DNA of 64,000 bases. Origin: the human T2T-CHM13v2.0 reference genome, Homo sapiens. The stretch is from assembly GCF_009914755.1 (NCBI RefSeq), contig NC_060934.1; one strand, 5' to 3'. Below, piece after piece: positions 12,710 through 25,060 of the stretch (position 1 is the stretch's first letter; the number at the start of each line of letters is the position of its first letter). The position numbers and the translations under genes were made by a program. The notes beneath the pieces are model-generated. The model was given only the letters and a program-made list of their open reading frames with translations. It had not been told where the DNA came from and did no database searches.

Positions 12710-13440
12710 TCGTGGAAACTCCAAGTTGGAGATAACTTTAGAGTCCATCTCTCCAGCCTCCTACTCAATGCTGTAAATGTGACAGACACGTTCCCCAAAA
12801 CCTTCTGTTCCGCAAAAGCACACATTAAAATAGTATTGGGGTACAAAGCGGCTAGAGAGACTGTTCAAACCCAAACAAGGCAGAGGCTGCTGAGTAATGG
12901 AAACAGGGAAAAATCTACAAAGATCAGGAAGACAAAGGCAGAAGAACACGAAGCCAATGGTATGAAGGGAAGGCCAGGGGGAAACAGTTGACCTGGACAG
13001 CGCTGCACTTCTCTGTGGCCTATAGGTTCACTGTCTCAGGTGTGCTTTGCACTGCTTGGAGGCAACACCAATTAACATCCTTGGAAAAATCACATGTGAG
13101 TCATTCAATTTTTATATGTAATGACACCTTCCCCCTGAAATTAAGGGGGAATTGAGCATGTACTGTCCTAACTTGTATTAAACATATTATAGGCAATGAG
13201 GTTACATAGAGAGCCCTATAGCATCCCTTACAAGTACTCTTCAGCCTCTGCTTAAACATTTCACAACTGTTTTCATGAGCCCTTGCCAAAGATGAACAAC
13301 TCTAGCTATCAGAGCTCTTTTGAGTCAAAATGTTTCCCTCATGACTGTTGGTTTCAAGTGCATCCTCTGCAGTAGCACAAAATACACCATCCTTTTCCCT
13401 TGAGAAAGGTTTGATTATTTGAGTAGAACTTCTTTCTCAC
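12710..13440 (-). mobile_element. L3/CR1 remnants (about 12710-12780 and 13210-13440)
   Basis: agttggagataactttagagtccatctctccagcctcctactcaatgc and cttcagcctctgcttaaacatttc...acaactctagctatcagagctc. Confidence 0.45.
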
Positions 13441-13914
13441 ATGTGTTAACTTCTGTGTGTGTGTGTGTGTATGTGTGTGTGTCTGTATCTTTTGAATGTG
13501 TTTCATAGCTTTAGGTTGGAGAGAAAGCAGTGTTGAATGAAATTACTACCTAGTCTGTTACAGTTTATCTAAAACTGTGATTAGGATAACTTCTTGCTTA
13601 AGTCTACACTAAAATTTGTCTCACAAATCTCTCAAACAATAAAAAAGGAAACTCCTTAAACTGTTGCTTAGTGATTCTTAAACTCAAAATGACTGAGGCG
13701 TGTGATATGCCACTCTCTTGAGGTAAGCACCTGACACTTCATCTACTTTCTGAGTCGGGGGGTGCTCCCCAACCCAGTCATCCTGTGCAGATCTTTGGCA
13801 AATTCCTGAATTTGCCAAAAGTTACTTCCATTTGGTTCTCTCCATTTTCCTACATATATTTAATCTCTCCCTTGATGAAATCACCCACTTTCAACTGAGG
13901 AAAATAGCCCAAGA

Positions 13915-14095
13915 CATTCATTCACTCCACAGATATTTCTTGAACACCTACTATGTATCAGGACTGTTCTAGGCACTGGAGATAGAGAACAGAACAAAAT
14001 GGAAGAAGAAAAGAAAAGAAAGCAAAACATAAATGCTGCCCTCATGGAGGTTACATTCTAGTGAAGGAAGTTAAAAATCAATAAATAAGGAAATG
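13915..14095 (-). mobile_element. L2 3' end
   Basis: cattcattcactccacagatatttcttgaacacctactatgtatcaggactgttctaggcactggagata...gccctcatggaggttacattctagtg. Confidence 0.85.
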
Positions 14096-14106
14096 AAAGG
14101 ATAGGG

Positions 14107-14265
14107 GCATTTCATCAAATGTAAAATCCTATTGGCTATTAGATGCATCACAGTTTTATGCATCTTATGAACAATTAAACTGCAATATTCTATAGACTGT
14201 AAGGCACATCTCAATTTCAGAGCTGTTCACATGTGAAAAAGTATAGCTTAAAATGAATGAAATAC
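14107..14265 (-). mobile_element. MER104 (TcMar-Tc2) MITE
   Basis: Termini atttcatcaaat and atgaatgaaatac; internal catctcaatttcagagctgttcacatgtgaaaaa. Confidence 0.6.
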
Positions 14266-14369
14266 ATTACAATGGATTAAAAATGCAGTCAAGGACTTTC
14301 ATGAGTTTGCAATTTTAAATAAGATGATGAGTCCCAAAGCTCAGTTACCTTCTGCAACTTTCTCCTTCA

Positions 14370-15140
14370 TACTGGACATTGCAGCCTAAAGATCACGAGG
14401 GCATCCAAATTCAACATATCCCAAACCTGCTGCCATTAAAGACCTGATGGCTTCACTGGGGATCATATAGCTTTTTCCTCCCTCTTCATTAATCAGAAAG
14501 TCCTGTCCATTTTAACCCTAAAATGTTTCCAATCTCCTCCATCTCTCCTAATCAGTGTCCCTGGTTTATGACTTCACTATCTCATATTGACTCTTATTAC
14601 ATTCTACTACCTGGACTCCTTGGTTGCATTATTTTCTCCCCTCTAGAATCTATATTCCATAATGCTATAATACGTATCTCTTTGTAATTCAGGTCTAATC
14701 AAGTCACACTTATTTTTTTAAAAAGAACGCTCATATGCTATTTCTTGTTTCAATAAGAAAGTTCCATTTCCTTAGCACAGCAAGTATGAATCCTCACGAT
14801 AGAACTTCAACCTATGGCTTGAGCTCACCTCAGCAGCTTCTATTCCTCTTCCCTCTCAACAGGATGCCTCAGCTGGGCCAAATTATTGGCTTTTGTCCAA
14901 AATGACATTTACTTTCCTACCTTTAATCTGTTCATGCTGTTGTCCTTAACTCAAATCACTTCCCTGTCACCTCCCCCCACAACCTCATGAATGTTTTCCT
15001 CACAATTTCTTTCACCTACCAAATCACCTCAGATCATCTGCTCTCTGTCTACTCCTAGGACCTTTATCATACTGATGTTCACCACAATTGATTATACTTT
15101 CCTGTCTCCTTCATTAGATTGCACATTCTTTGAGGGTTTC
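14370..15140 (+). mobile_element. L2 LINE
   Basis: gcatccaaattcaacatatcccaaacc...aagtcctgtccattttaacc...ctgtctccttcattagattgcacattctttgaggg. Confidence 0.75.
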
Positions 15141-15157
15141 TATTTTTTTGTGTGTTT

Positions 15158-15280
15158 TGGAATCAAAACCTCAGATTCTGAATCTTGATTCCAATTATCT
15201 GCAAATTATATGACCTAAAACTTCTTAATCTCTCTGAACCACAGTTTTCTTATCTGTAGAAATGGTAGAGAAATGAGGAT
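15158..15280 (+). mobile_element. MIR SINE
   Basis: tgacctaaaacttcttaatctctctgaaccacagttttcttatctgtagaaatgg (MIR core). Confidence 0.75.
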
Positions 15281-16379
15281 AAAATTTGAAAACAAGGGGA
15301 AATTGGCCAATCACAGAGAGTATGAGGGTTCTTTATTTTAATAAAAGTAATTTCCAAATGGGCTTTTTAACCCACGGATGTTTGATGTGTAGAGGCAGAA
15401 GAGAGAGTGAAGGGAAAAGGTTAGGTGTACCCTGTGTAGTAACATTTCTATGTCTTTCATCAAAGACATGTTATCTAATCTAAGTACTTTTGTAGACTTT
15501 TAACTTTTTAACCTAGCAAAATAGAAGAAAAGTTTTTTAATAAAAAAAGAAAATATAAAAATAATATGAATGCATTCAATTTTTGACTCAAAGTAAAAAA
15601 GATATATCAAATTTAATCAAGGCAAAAATTAAAAACAAAGCTATAAATAACTTAATCACTAGATAATTCATAGATTGATCACATCAGTGGAAAAAATATA
15701 CTATTTGCCAACATTTTTGTATATAATTATTAATAGTATATAATTAATTAATAGTATATAATTACCAATGGTATATTATATTAATTATACACTATTATAT
15801 ATTTATGTTTGCTTTTAGCATTACTACTGATAAATTATGATACTCGCACTTTTTTTACAGTTTGGTTTAATTGTATAATCTAGTCCTTCACAGGCTATTT
15901 ACTCATCGGCACTATATTAAAATCAGATATAAGTGACATGGATTTGTTTTTTCTTCAGGATACTAAAATGGTGTGCTGGCCTTATCAGCAAGGACAACAG
16001 TATCATGACTGTCATGTCCCTTATCATGACATCATGCCTTCTCAACTGTGTTTCCTAAAAATAAGCTGTTGAAATAGAACATAACAGTTTCACCAATTTT
16101 ATGGATAATTTTTAGTCATAGTTATTTTTAAATTTGCTTTAGATTTTAAATCAACGTAATATATACATCTGGTTTTAAACAAATAAAATATCAAGTTTTA
16201 TACTGCAAGCAAATAGCTTAATCCCCCATAAGAAACCTCTGCTATATCTGTTTTAAGACTCTCTGAGATTGATTACCTTCCCATCTATAAATAAATGTCT
16301 ATATGTACTATTTGTGTTCGTTAGTAATTACATGTGACTGCTAAGAACCAAACAGTAATTTAAACAACCTAGAAACATG

Positions 16380-16686
16380 GGCCGGACACAATGGCTTATT
16401 CCTGTAATCCCAGCACTTCAGGAGGCCAAGGCAGGCAGATCACTTGAGGCCAAGTGTTTGAGACTAGCCTTTCCAACATGGTGAAACCCCATGTTTACTA
16501 AAAATTCAAAAACCAGCCGGCGTGATAGCACATGCCTGTAATCCCAGCTTGTTGGGAGGCTGAGGCACAAGAATTGCTTGACCCAGGAAGCAGAGGTTGC
16601 ATTGAGCTGAGATTGCACCACTGCACTCCAGCCTGGGCAACAGGACAAGAGTCTGTCTCAACAAAAGCTCCCAAAACCAAAAAAAA
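16380..16686 (+). mobile_element. Alu (Sz/Jb-like)
   Basis: ggccggacacaatggcttattcctgtaatcccagc...gatcacttgaggcc...ccagcctgggcaacag. Confidence 0.92.
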
Positions 16687-16706
16687 CTAGTAGCATCTAT
16701 ACTCAC

Positions 16707-17081
16707 TGTTAGGAGCTGACGTGTGTCTCCGCAAAATTTACATGCTGAAATCCTCATTCCCAGGACCTGAGAATGTGACTGTACTTGGAGATAAGGTGAG
16801 GTGACGAAGGTAAAGTGAGGTATGACTGGTGTCCTTTTGAGAAGAGATTAGGACATGGAGAGGGACACCAGAGCTGCGCACGCACAGAGGAAAGACCATG
16901 TGAAGCGGCAACAGGAGGGTGGCCACCTGCAAGCCAAGGAGAGAGGCTTCATACAAACCCAACCCTGCTGCCCCCTTGGTCTTAGACTCCCAGCCTCCAG
17001 AACTGTCAGTCAATAAATTTCTGTTGTTTAAGCCAACCAGTCTGTGGTACTTTGTTGGCCATCCTAGCAAAGGAACATACC
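16707..17081 (+). mobile_element. MLT1B/A MaLR solo LTR
   Basis: tgttaggagctgacgtgtgtctcc...gaatgtgactgtacttggagataagg...aataaatttctgttgtttaagccaaccagtctgtggtactttgtt. Confidence 0.88.
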
Positions 17082-18839
17082 ACACACATTATTTCCCACT
17101 CACATAACTTGCATTCCGGAAGCTGGTATAGTAGTTTGGGGCTAGTCTCGTGGCTTGAGACAAAGCTCTTTCATCTTTCCTGCTTTCGCTGTCTCTACTA
17201 ATTGATTTTCATGTTCAAGATGAACTTTTCATCTCAAGGTCTCAAGGTAGCTATTGAAGCTGTAGCCAGCAAAGCACATTCCAGGCAGGAAAAAAGCAGA
17301 AACTTGATAACTTGATAACTGTTATAAAGCCTTCCTATAGATCTTTTTCCAATTTGAAAGCTCATTCTTTCTCTCATGTATGTCCACTGTATTCAAGTTA
17401 CAGTATGAGATTTGAAAAGGGGTGTAGTTTAGTATATTCTATCTAGACGTCTAATAAACATTAAATAATTATAACATTTATTCCCATAACCTTACAAATT
17501 ATGAAATACAGCTATAAGATATGACAATAGGCCTAGAGACGGGTTTTTCAAGTGCAAAGGGAAAGCCCTCGTGGCATTCCCTTCAAAATTGACATTGCTA
17601 ATGCTCAAGACCTTTTGCGAAACTCTTTAAAGAGAAGTCTCTTCCTTTTATAGATCCAACCAAAGGTCTTGCAGTGCCCCCAAGAGCTCAATTTTTCTCC
17701 TTTTCTGCTATGATATCTTTCAACAAGTCATTCTTCACAAAGATATTCAAAAGCTATTCTGGTACAGCAGCTCCAAAAGGGTGGATAATTTCTACCCTTT
17801 ATTTCAGAATTACAAAAATCTGGTCTGTGTTAACTATGCCAGTGTCTCAGAGTGCAGTTGTCTCTCACCATAATATCTGAAATATTCCATAAGGATAATG
17901 GGTGTGAATAAATAAAGGGGGGAAAAAATCTAAGATTTCCTCCAAAAAAGAAAATATTGCAAAAAGAGCAAAAAAAAGTACAAAATCTGATTTACTACAT
18001 ATTACATGGGGGAAATCATTAAAATATACATTCTCTTAGTTTACCAAAATTGGTTTAATATTCCACATAACAATAGAATCATAAAATAACTTAAAAATAT
18101 TTACTGAAAGTATTATATAATATATCCAAGATATGTTCCCTCGAAGGTATTACATATTATTGAAATTATTTAATTCTTATACATACTAATTCTATATTTT
18201 CAAGTAATTTTAAACCATATTTATAAAAGTTTCTGAGTTTTTTCCTATGTAAAGACATATTTGTCTCTTTCTCTTTCTCTCTCTCTCTCTTTCTCCTTCA
18301 GGATGGAAAACAGACCATATGAGAGACATATTTTGAATCTAATATAAAACTAATGATCTAATAACTTTTAAATTATTTGATGAATTTTTCATATATTTCT
18401 TTATGAAGAGTAATAAACATAATTAAGAATTTTGTTTACTGTCTGTTTTTATAAGTAAAATGTGTTTATTTTTTCTACCACAAAAGAACTGAATATTGCC
18501 AACATTTTAGATTACCACTAAAATATAAGAGAAATTAAATTATTCACTAAATTTGAACTCAAACTTCTGGCTAATAGGACGATGTGCATTACATATGTGT
18601 ATGCCTGTCTATACAAATGGTGTGACCATTTATATAATGAAAATAAGAAAACTTGCAACAATAAAATATTATAATTTGTAGTCAAATGTTTGCAAGATGG
18701 TCAGCTATGGAGATAGGTATTTTAATATTTTTTTATTGACTAGAATCCTACTTAAAAGTATCAGATTTTTATGTCAATATATACCTGCATAGCATTTGCA
18801 AGGAACTGGTCATCTAATAAAACTTCACCACCAACAATA

Positions 18840-19193
18840 CAGTCAGCCTCCATATTCATGGGTTCTACATCCATCAACTCCACCAACTGAGCATCAAAAA
18901 TATTTGGAAAAAATAGGTAACTGTGTCTGCACATAAACATGTACAAACTTTTTCTTGTCATTACTGCTTAAACAATACAGTATAACAACTATTGACATAG
19001 CATTTACATTGTATTGAGTACTATTAGTAATCTAGAGATGATTTAACATATACAAGATGATAAGCACAGACTACACATAAATACTATGCCATTTAAAATA
19101 AGAGATTTAAGCACGTGTGGATTTTTATATCCAAGAGGTCAATGTAAAAGTGGACCCCCACAGCTCAAACCTGTGTTTCTCAAATGTCAACTG
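18840..19193 (-). mobile_element. MER2 (Tigger MITE) ending in a Tigger2/MER8-type terminus
   Basis: TA-cagtcagcctccatattcatgggttc...gtaatctagagatgattta... then aagtggacccccacagctcaaacctgtgtttctcaaatgtcaactg-TA. Confidence 0.8.
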
Positions 19194-19299
19194 TATAAAG
19201 ATTTCAGTCTATCAGGTATCTCTGCTTTCACATTAAAGCTATCCATATATTCATATATTGTTTTATTTTAAAATATCTGTTGTAAACCCATCATTTTTC

Positions 19300-19920
19300 A
19301 GCCCTAGGGCTAGGTTCCTAGAATGCAATGACCAATAAGACTCTTCTCATAGAGGTTGGAATTTATTGCATGAGATGACTATAAAAAAAAAAACAGATTT
19401 TTTTGTAATATGTGAGCTTTGTATCATAATAGAAAGGAATCTGGTTCTTTGAGATTACAGAAGACACTAACCTAGTCTAGGGATCAAGCAAGGCTTCTCC
19501 AATAAAATACCACCACCTGAGTTCTGAGGTATGAGCAACTGTTAAATAGGAAAAGAGAACTAACAGGGAGAACATTCTAGATAGAGGTAATGACAAGTAT
19601 AAAGAGCCCAGGGAAGGAGGGAGCATAGTGAATTTGAGAAAGTTCTGAAAGGGTGCCATCATAGCTGGATGCAAGGAAGCACGGGAGGAAAGAGACAGAT
19701 TAAGAAGACAAGGAGGAGCAAAGCCACACAGGACCTTGTAACTGAGATGAGAATTTTGTTCTATCCTCAGAGCAAAGAGAAGCCATTGCACAACATGAGT
19801 CACATTTGTGTTTCAAAAGGAACAGAAAACAGTAAGGAAACTTTTGTTGTAGTCTAGTGACAGCTGATTATAGCTTTGGATATAGTGGTGGCTGTGAAGA
19901 CGGAAAAAAATTGAAGAGAC
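19300..19920 (-). mobile_element. L2 LINE
   Basis: ggatcaagcaaggcttctcc...gggagaacattctagatagagg...ttttgttctatcctcagagcaaagagaagccattg. Confidence 0.75.
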
Positions 19921-19929
19921 GGTCCACCT

Positions 19930-20738
19930 ATTCTATGTGCTTGGACATTTTTCTAAAAAAGTCAATTGACTGTCATGTGTGGCTCACTTCTGGGCTCTGT
20001 TTTCTATTCCACTGGTCAATTTTTATGCCACTGCTGCCATATTTAGTTGCTACAGCTTTGTAGTATATTTTGAAATCAGGGAATATGATGCCTCCAGCTT
20101 TGTTTTTTTTTTGCTCATGACTTCATTAGCTATTTGGGGTCTTTTGTAGTTCTATATAAATTTTAGGATTTTCTTTCTAGTTCTATTATATGACATTGGA
20201 ATTTTGATAAGGATGCACTGAATCTGTAGGTCTCTTTGGGTACAATGGAATTTTTAACAATCTTAATTCTTTCAATCCATGAACATGAATTATCTTTCTA
20301 CTTAGCTGTGTTTTTCAATTTCGGTGTCCAGGTATTTCACCTCCTTGGGTAAATTTATTCCTAAGTTGTATTTGTAGCTGTTGTAAATGGGATTAATATC
20401 TTTACTTCTTTTGTATAGTTTGATACTGTACAAAAACTACAAATGTGTGTGTTGATTCTGTAGCCTGCAACTTTACTGTATTTAATTATTAGTTCTAATA
20501 GTTTTTTGTGATCTCTTAGGGTTTTCTATAAATAAGAACATGCCATTAGCAAACTGACAGTTGCACTTCCTCCTCTCTTACATAAATGCCTTTTATTTAT
20601 TTCTCTTGCCTAATTACTCTGGCAAGGACTTCTAATACTATATTGGATAAAAGTGGCAGGACTGGGCATCCTTGTCTTGTTTTAGATCTCAGAGGGAAGG
20701 CTTTCAATTTTTTGCCATTGAGCATAATGTTAGCTGTA
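19930..20738 (-). mobile_element. L1 (L1MA/MB-like) ORF2 fragment
   Basis: ttctgggctctgttttctattccactggtc...atgatgcctccagctttgtt...gggcatccttgtcttg...ccattgagcataatgttagctgt. Confidence 0.85.
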
Positions 20739-22399
20739 TTACACTAATAACTTTATCTACCTTCATCCATCTTGAAATGTAAAAAATCTATTTGTGCAAA
20801 GAACCATTTACGCCTGGGGTATATTAACATCCTGTAAATTAGTGTTCTGAAGGCTACACTTAAGAAACGATGGCCTAAGGGAATAAAGGGCTATAAATCA
20901 GATATGCCACCATGCAGATCATCTGAAAAATAACGTAAGATTTTTTAACGTGTCTAGCGTCACAAATTTTCTCACTAGATGATATGCAAATATTTCTCTA
21001 AATTACTCTTCAATTTTATTTCTGGCCTAATACTTCAGTTACAATTACAGAGACAATGCAAAACCACTCAAAATTTAGGGATATTGCTCGTCTGGTATAA
21101 GTCTCCACATGTTACACTTCTTGTCACCTTTCTTCCTTTTTTCCACATTCTGCTTTGGCCTTAATGATTCCTGCGTGAAACGAGAGAAGTGGAGGTAATT
21201 CCACTTGAAAATAAATATGCTGCCTTATCTTATCCTGGATACTTATGTAGTTTACAGGTATAATTATTCTTCTACACAAAAAGATCACTCCTCTCCTCCT
21301 CATAAATGAAGGCAATAGATTTTACTTGCAAGAGTCACAAGATCACCCTTCTCCTAACTTCCTAACATCCTGTCGACCAGCAAAAATTTTTTTGCCATTT
21401 CATTTCCTTGTACTAAAGCTAATCATAGTGGTTTGTCCTGTTTCATGTTTAAATTGTTATCTTCTAAAGTCATCAATTATTTTTTAACAAAACAACAAAA
21501 AGTCGGTATTCTCACCTTTTTATACACTGTAATCAATGCTGTTAGAGACACATGAAATTTGCAGAATTCCAAACACAATGTTGCCTTTTTATTGGCAAAA
21601 TGCAATTACACAACTAATTGGCTGTTATATTGCAGTGTGATACATGCTTGGCCCACACATCTCCTCCTGCTGGCAATGCAGGAGTTGGTCTACTTCTGCA
21701 CCCCCTTTCAATATGTTTAATTATTTAAGCCAAGAGAATGGTCACTCAGTGGATGTGCTTGGCAACTCTGAACCACAGATGCTGGGCTCTCACGTTTATC
21801 TTTTTTCCAACAAGAGCAATATGGAAACAAGTGCCTAATTTCTTGGCTACAAACACATCAAGCTTCTCACTAGGCCCAGTTGCTGTATTTTGTGGCAGCC
21901 ACAAATTTACGTTTGTGCTAAATGGCTGATTATCACTTCTGATTATTTTTGATGATGGGCTTCTTGTGGATTGATTTTAATTGGAAAGATTTATTTTGTT
22001 GACTAATCCTAGTGCTTTATCCATTTTATACTCTAGTTTATTATTTATTGTATATGTGCCGCTTAATTTTTGCCATGCTTCAGAAGTAATGAATTAAATA
22101 CAAAGTAGAGAAAATGTGTAACATAACAAAATGGGCATCTGTTATTAATTTACTTCAAAATTAATGTACTCCTCTAAACTTCCATACTTTTTGGTGTGAA
22201 GGGCAGACACTGTCTTTTACATGAGAGATCATCTAGGCTAGTTTTAAAAAGAAAGGATGCAGAAACACATTATTACCAAAAATACCTGATGGCCATAGCT
22301 GAACCTCATGTTAGAATAAACCAATTATAAAAATCCGAAATGTTAACCCAAGAAAAGAGTAACTAATCTGGAGCTTTTCACATGTGGGCTGTGATGGAG

Positions 22400-22810
22400 T
22401 CAGTGCACCAGCTACAGAAAGTGGTGCAGACACACGCACTAGAGGAGGAAGTGACATGGGGGAGTATCAGATCATATTTTTATGAGAGGCCACCCAAGCT
22501 TGAAGGGGCTTGCATACCATCCTGAGGAATTTGGACTTTATTCTGATTGCATAAGCAGTAAAAACCCCTGAAAGTTGTGGTAAAAAAAAGTTTTTAAGAT
22601 AACTTTTTTGTTTTAAAAAATAACATTGACAGTATGGGGGACAGATGGGTTTTAAGGTGACATAAGCAGGAGACACTCCAGTGGTGAAATAATTTCAGTA
22701 GGACAAGATAGAGCTAATAAGGGCTTCAGTTAAGACAACGGTAGTGAAAGAGATGATAATTAGCTGAGTTTCCAAAAATATTTCAAGAGAAAAATATGGA
22801 TTACTGAGGA
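22400..22810 (-). mobile_element. L2 LINE fragment
   Basis: aaggggcttgcataccatcctgaggaatttggactttattctga. Confidence 0.6.
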
Positions 22811-23299
22811 CAGCTCGCTGAATGCTTTTCATGACAGTCTTTTCCTCCCAACTCCATGCTAGAACAGCTTGAAGAACAGAAACTTAATGTTAGACCAAGA
22901 AATAAGTGAGAGCATTTCTAAGGCCTTAAATTCCTGAAAGGAGAGAACAGGAAAAACCTTCCAATTCTGGAAGCCTGTTAGAGAACAAGGGAGGCAGCTT
23001 GAGCTTGCTGGCACCCGTGGTCTCAGAGGAAGAGTGCCCTGCCAGTCTCCACAAGATAAGTCTGCCCTCCCCACCACGGCCCACCCCACACCCCCACTCC
23101 TTTAACCAGAGAGGCTTGGGACCTGGGAACCAAAACTGGAAGGGAGAGTTCAATTCTCACAACCTTTTTTCAGTTGAGTTACTAGAAAAAGATGGAAATA
23201 ATATTAATTTTGGTGGCTTTGGCTTGATCCCAAAAGCCAACATTAGCTTTGCTCCGTAAATAATTCTTGAAGCACATGGAAAATAAAAACACAACTATA

Positions 23300-25060
23300 A
23301 ATCATTCAACAATTAATGAAAAACCTAAACCACATCAAATTATATGCTATAGAAAGAAAGATGTATAAAAAAGAACTTTAAAGCCAGACATTATTTTATT
23401 TAAAAAGAAAGACTGATAAGGAATTATGTATGTAACATGAGAACAAAATTATTATGTAAAGATAAACAAAAGAAGAAACAGAAAATTAGGAAAGTGTTTT
23501 CAGATGAAATAGAAAAGAATAAAGATGTAGTCCAAAATAAGTAAAACAAATCCTAGCTTTTTAGCAAAAAAAAAAAAAAAAAATCTCTTCACAAGCCTGA
23601 TAGAGCAAAAAGAAAAATCCAAATAAACAGCTTTAGGAATATAGATATGTAAATCCAGAAAGTGTTCCAAGTATCAGAAAAGAATATTCCATGCAATTTG
23701 ATGGCATTAAGTTTGAAAATCCAGAAGAAATGCTAAATTTTATTGAAAAATGTTATTTGCAAATTTGACCCAAAAATGTCAGAAAATCTAATAAGGCAGT
23801 GATGGTGGAAATTGGAAAATTTTCTTTAAATATCTAACAAAAATAGAGAGGTCCAGCATTAAGTTTTGCAGGTTATTTCTATTACAAGTTAAATAACATT
23901 AATCTATGTCTTTTCAACTACTGGAAGATATCAAAATATAGTAGGTTCCAAACTCATTTTTAAAAATTTTCACGTCTCAATTCCAGCTATTTTAAATATA
24001 TATATTTATAAGTGAAATTATAAATAAAATATTTCTCATAAGATTTTAACAAATCAAGTTTAATACGATATATCAATATACCATGACCGAGTAGAGTTTT
24101 CTAGAAATGAAAGATGTTTCTAAGTTATGATTTTAGTTGTAGTTTATTAAATTATTATATCAAAATATAAAGAATATGTTACACAAAATATAAAACTTAG
24201 CTACCATTCTCTTATGTTTTCCAAGTAAAATAAGAAGAGAATGGCTATTTCTCTATATGACAATGGCTTTTTTAAAATGTGTAAATCACCATATAAAATA
24301 GCACATACTTGACTATTTCTGTTCAAATTAGTAATGAGAAAGAGAAGACCTAGAAATCACAAGATATATAATTAAAAACTAACAAGCTTTCACCTTTTAG
24401 AATTCTAAGACATTTTGAAAAAGTATCTACATACATAATAAATATGTAAAAGTCTATACACTTTCTGTAGCAGCAAGAAGCACTTTGAAATGTAAATGGA
24501 AAAAAAGAACTTAGCTCCATAAGATCAAAACCAAAAATAAAAAAGAAATAAAAGAAAAGAAAGGTATAAGGTCTGATATGAAGATAATCACCACACTTTA
24601 ATAAAGAATGAAAAAAGGCTGAGTAATTACAGAGGAACATCATCTTTCCGAAAAGAACAGATTTCATTAAAAATGCCAATCCTAAACAAATTAACAATTT
24701 CAGTCAGAAACTCAAATTGTGATTTAACTGAACAGAATGATTTTAAAGTTTACATGTTAGACTATAAGTGAGAATTTTACAGAATAATTTGAAAAAAATG
24801 AATGACGGTGTCAGATAATTCTATTTATTTTACAATACATTTTTGGTTTTGTGGCTAAACAAATATGACAGCATTCCAACTCATTTTTCAAAACTTTCAT
24901 GTTCCTAAATTCTAGCCATATCAAATATATACAAAAAGTAATTTCATTAATATAAATATGAAACTTCTAAATAAAATTTGAACAAATCAAGTTTACTAAA
25001 TACAACAACATATCATGACCAAATGGAGTTTTCTAGAAGTGGAGGATGTTTTGACATTAA
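23300..25060 (+). mobile_element. Very old L1 ORF2 remnant including a locally repeated segment
   Basis: gtttgaaaatccagaagaaatgctaaattttattgaaaaat...; aaatatgtaaaagtctatacactttctgtagcagcaa. Confidence 0.55.

Larger units (their letters stand above)
16300..17340 (-). mobile_element. Old MLT1 (J/K-type) LTR split by Alu and MLT1B insertions
   Basis: aacagtaatttaaacaa before the Alu; tatttcccactcacataac...caaggtagctattgaagctgtagccagc...cacattccaggcaggaa after MLT1B. Confidence 0.5.

Noticed and set aside
12779-12991. 70-aa Lys/Arg-rich ORF within an open frame of about 90 codons
   Set aside because: The upstream part is an L3 remnant; no convincing splice sites, in-context ATG or homology
17560-17880. 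Possible decayed minus-strand exon (...LLNIFVKNDLLKDIIAEKEKN...)
   Set aside because: About 7 stops in roughly 110 codons is close to random expectation for AT-rich DNA, and I recognise no protein
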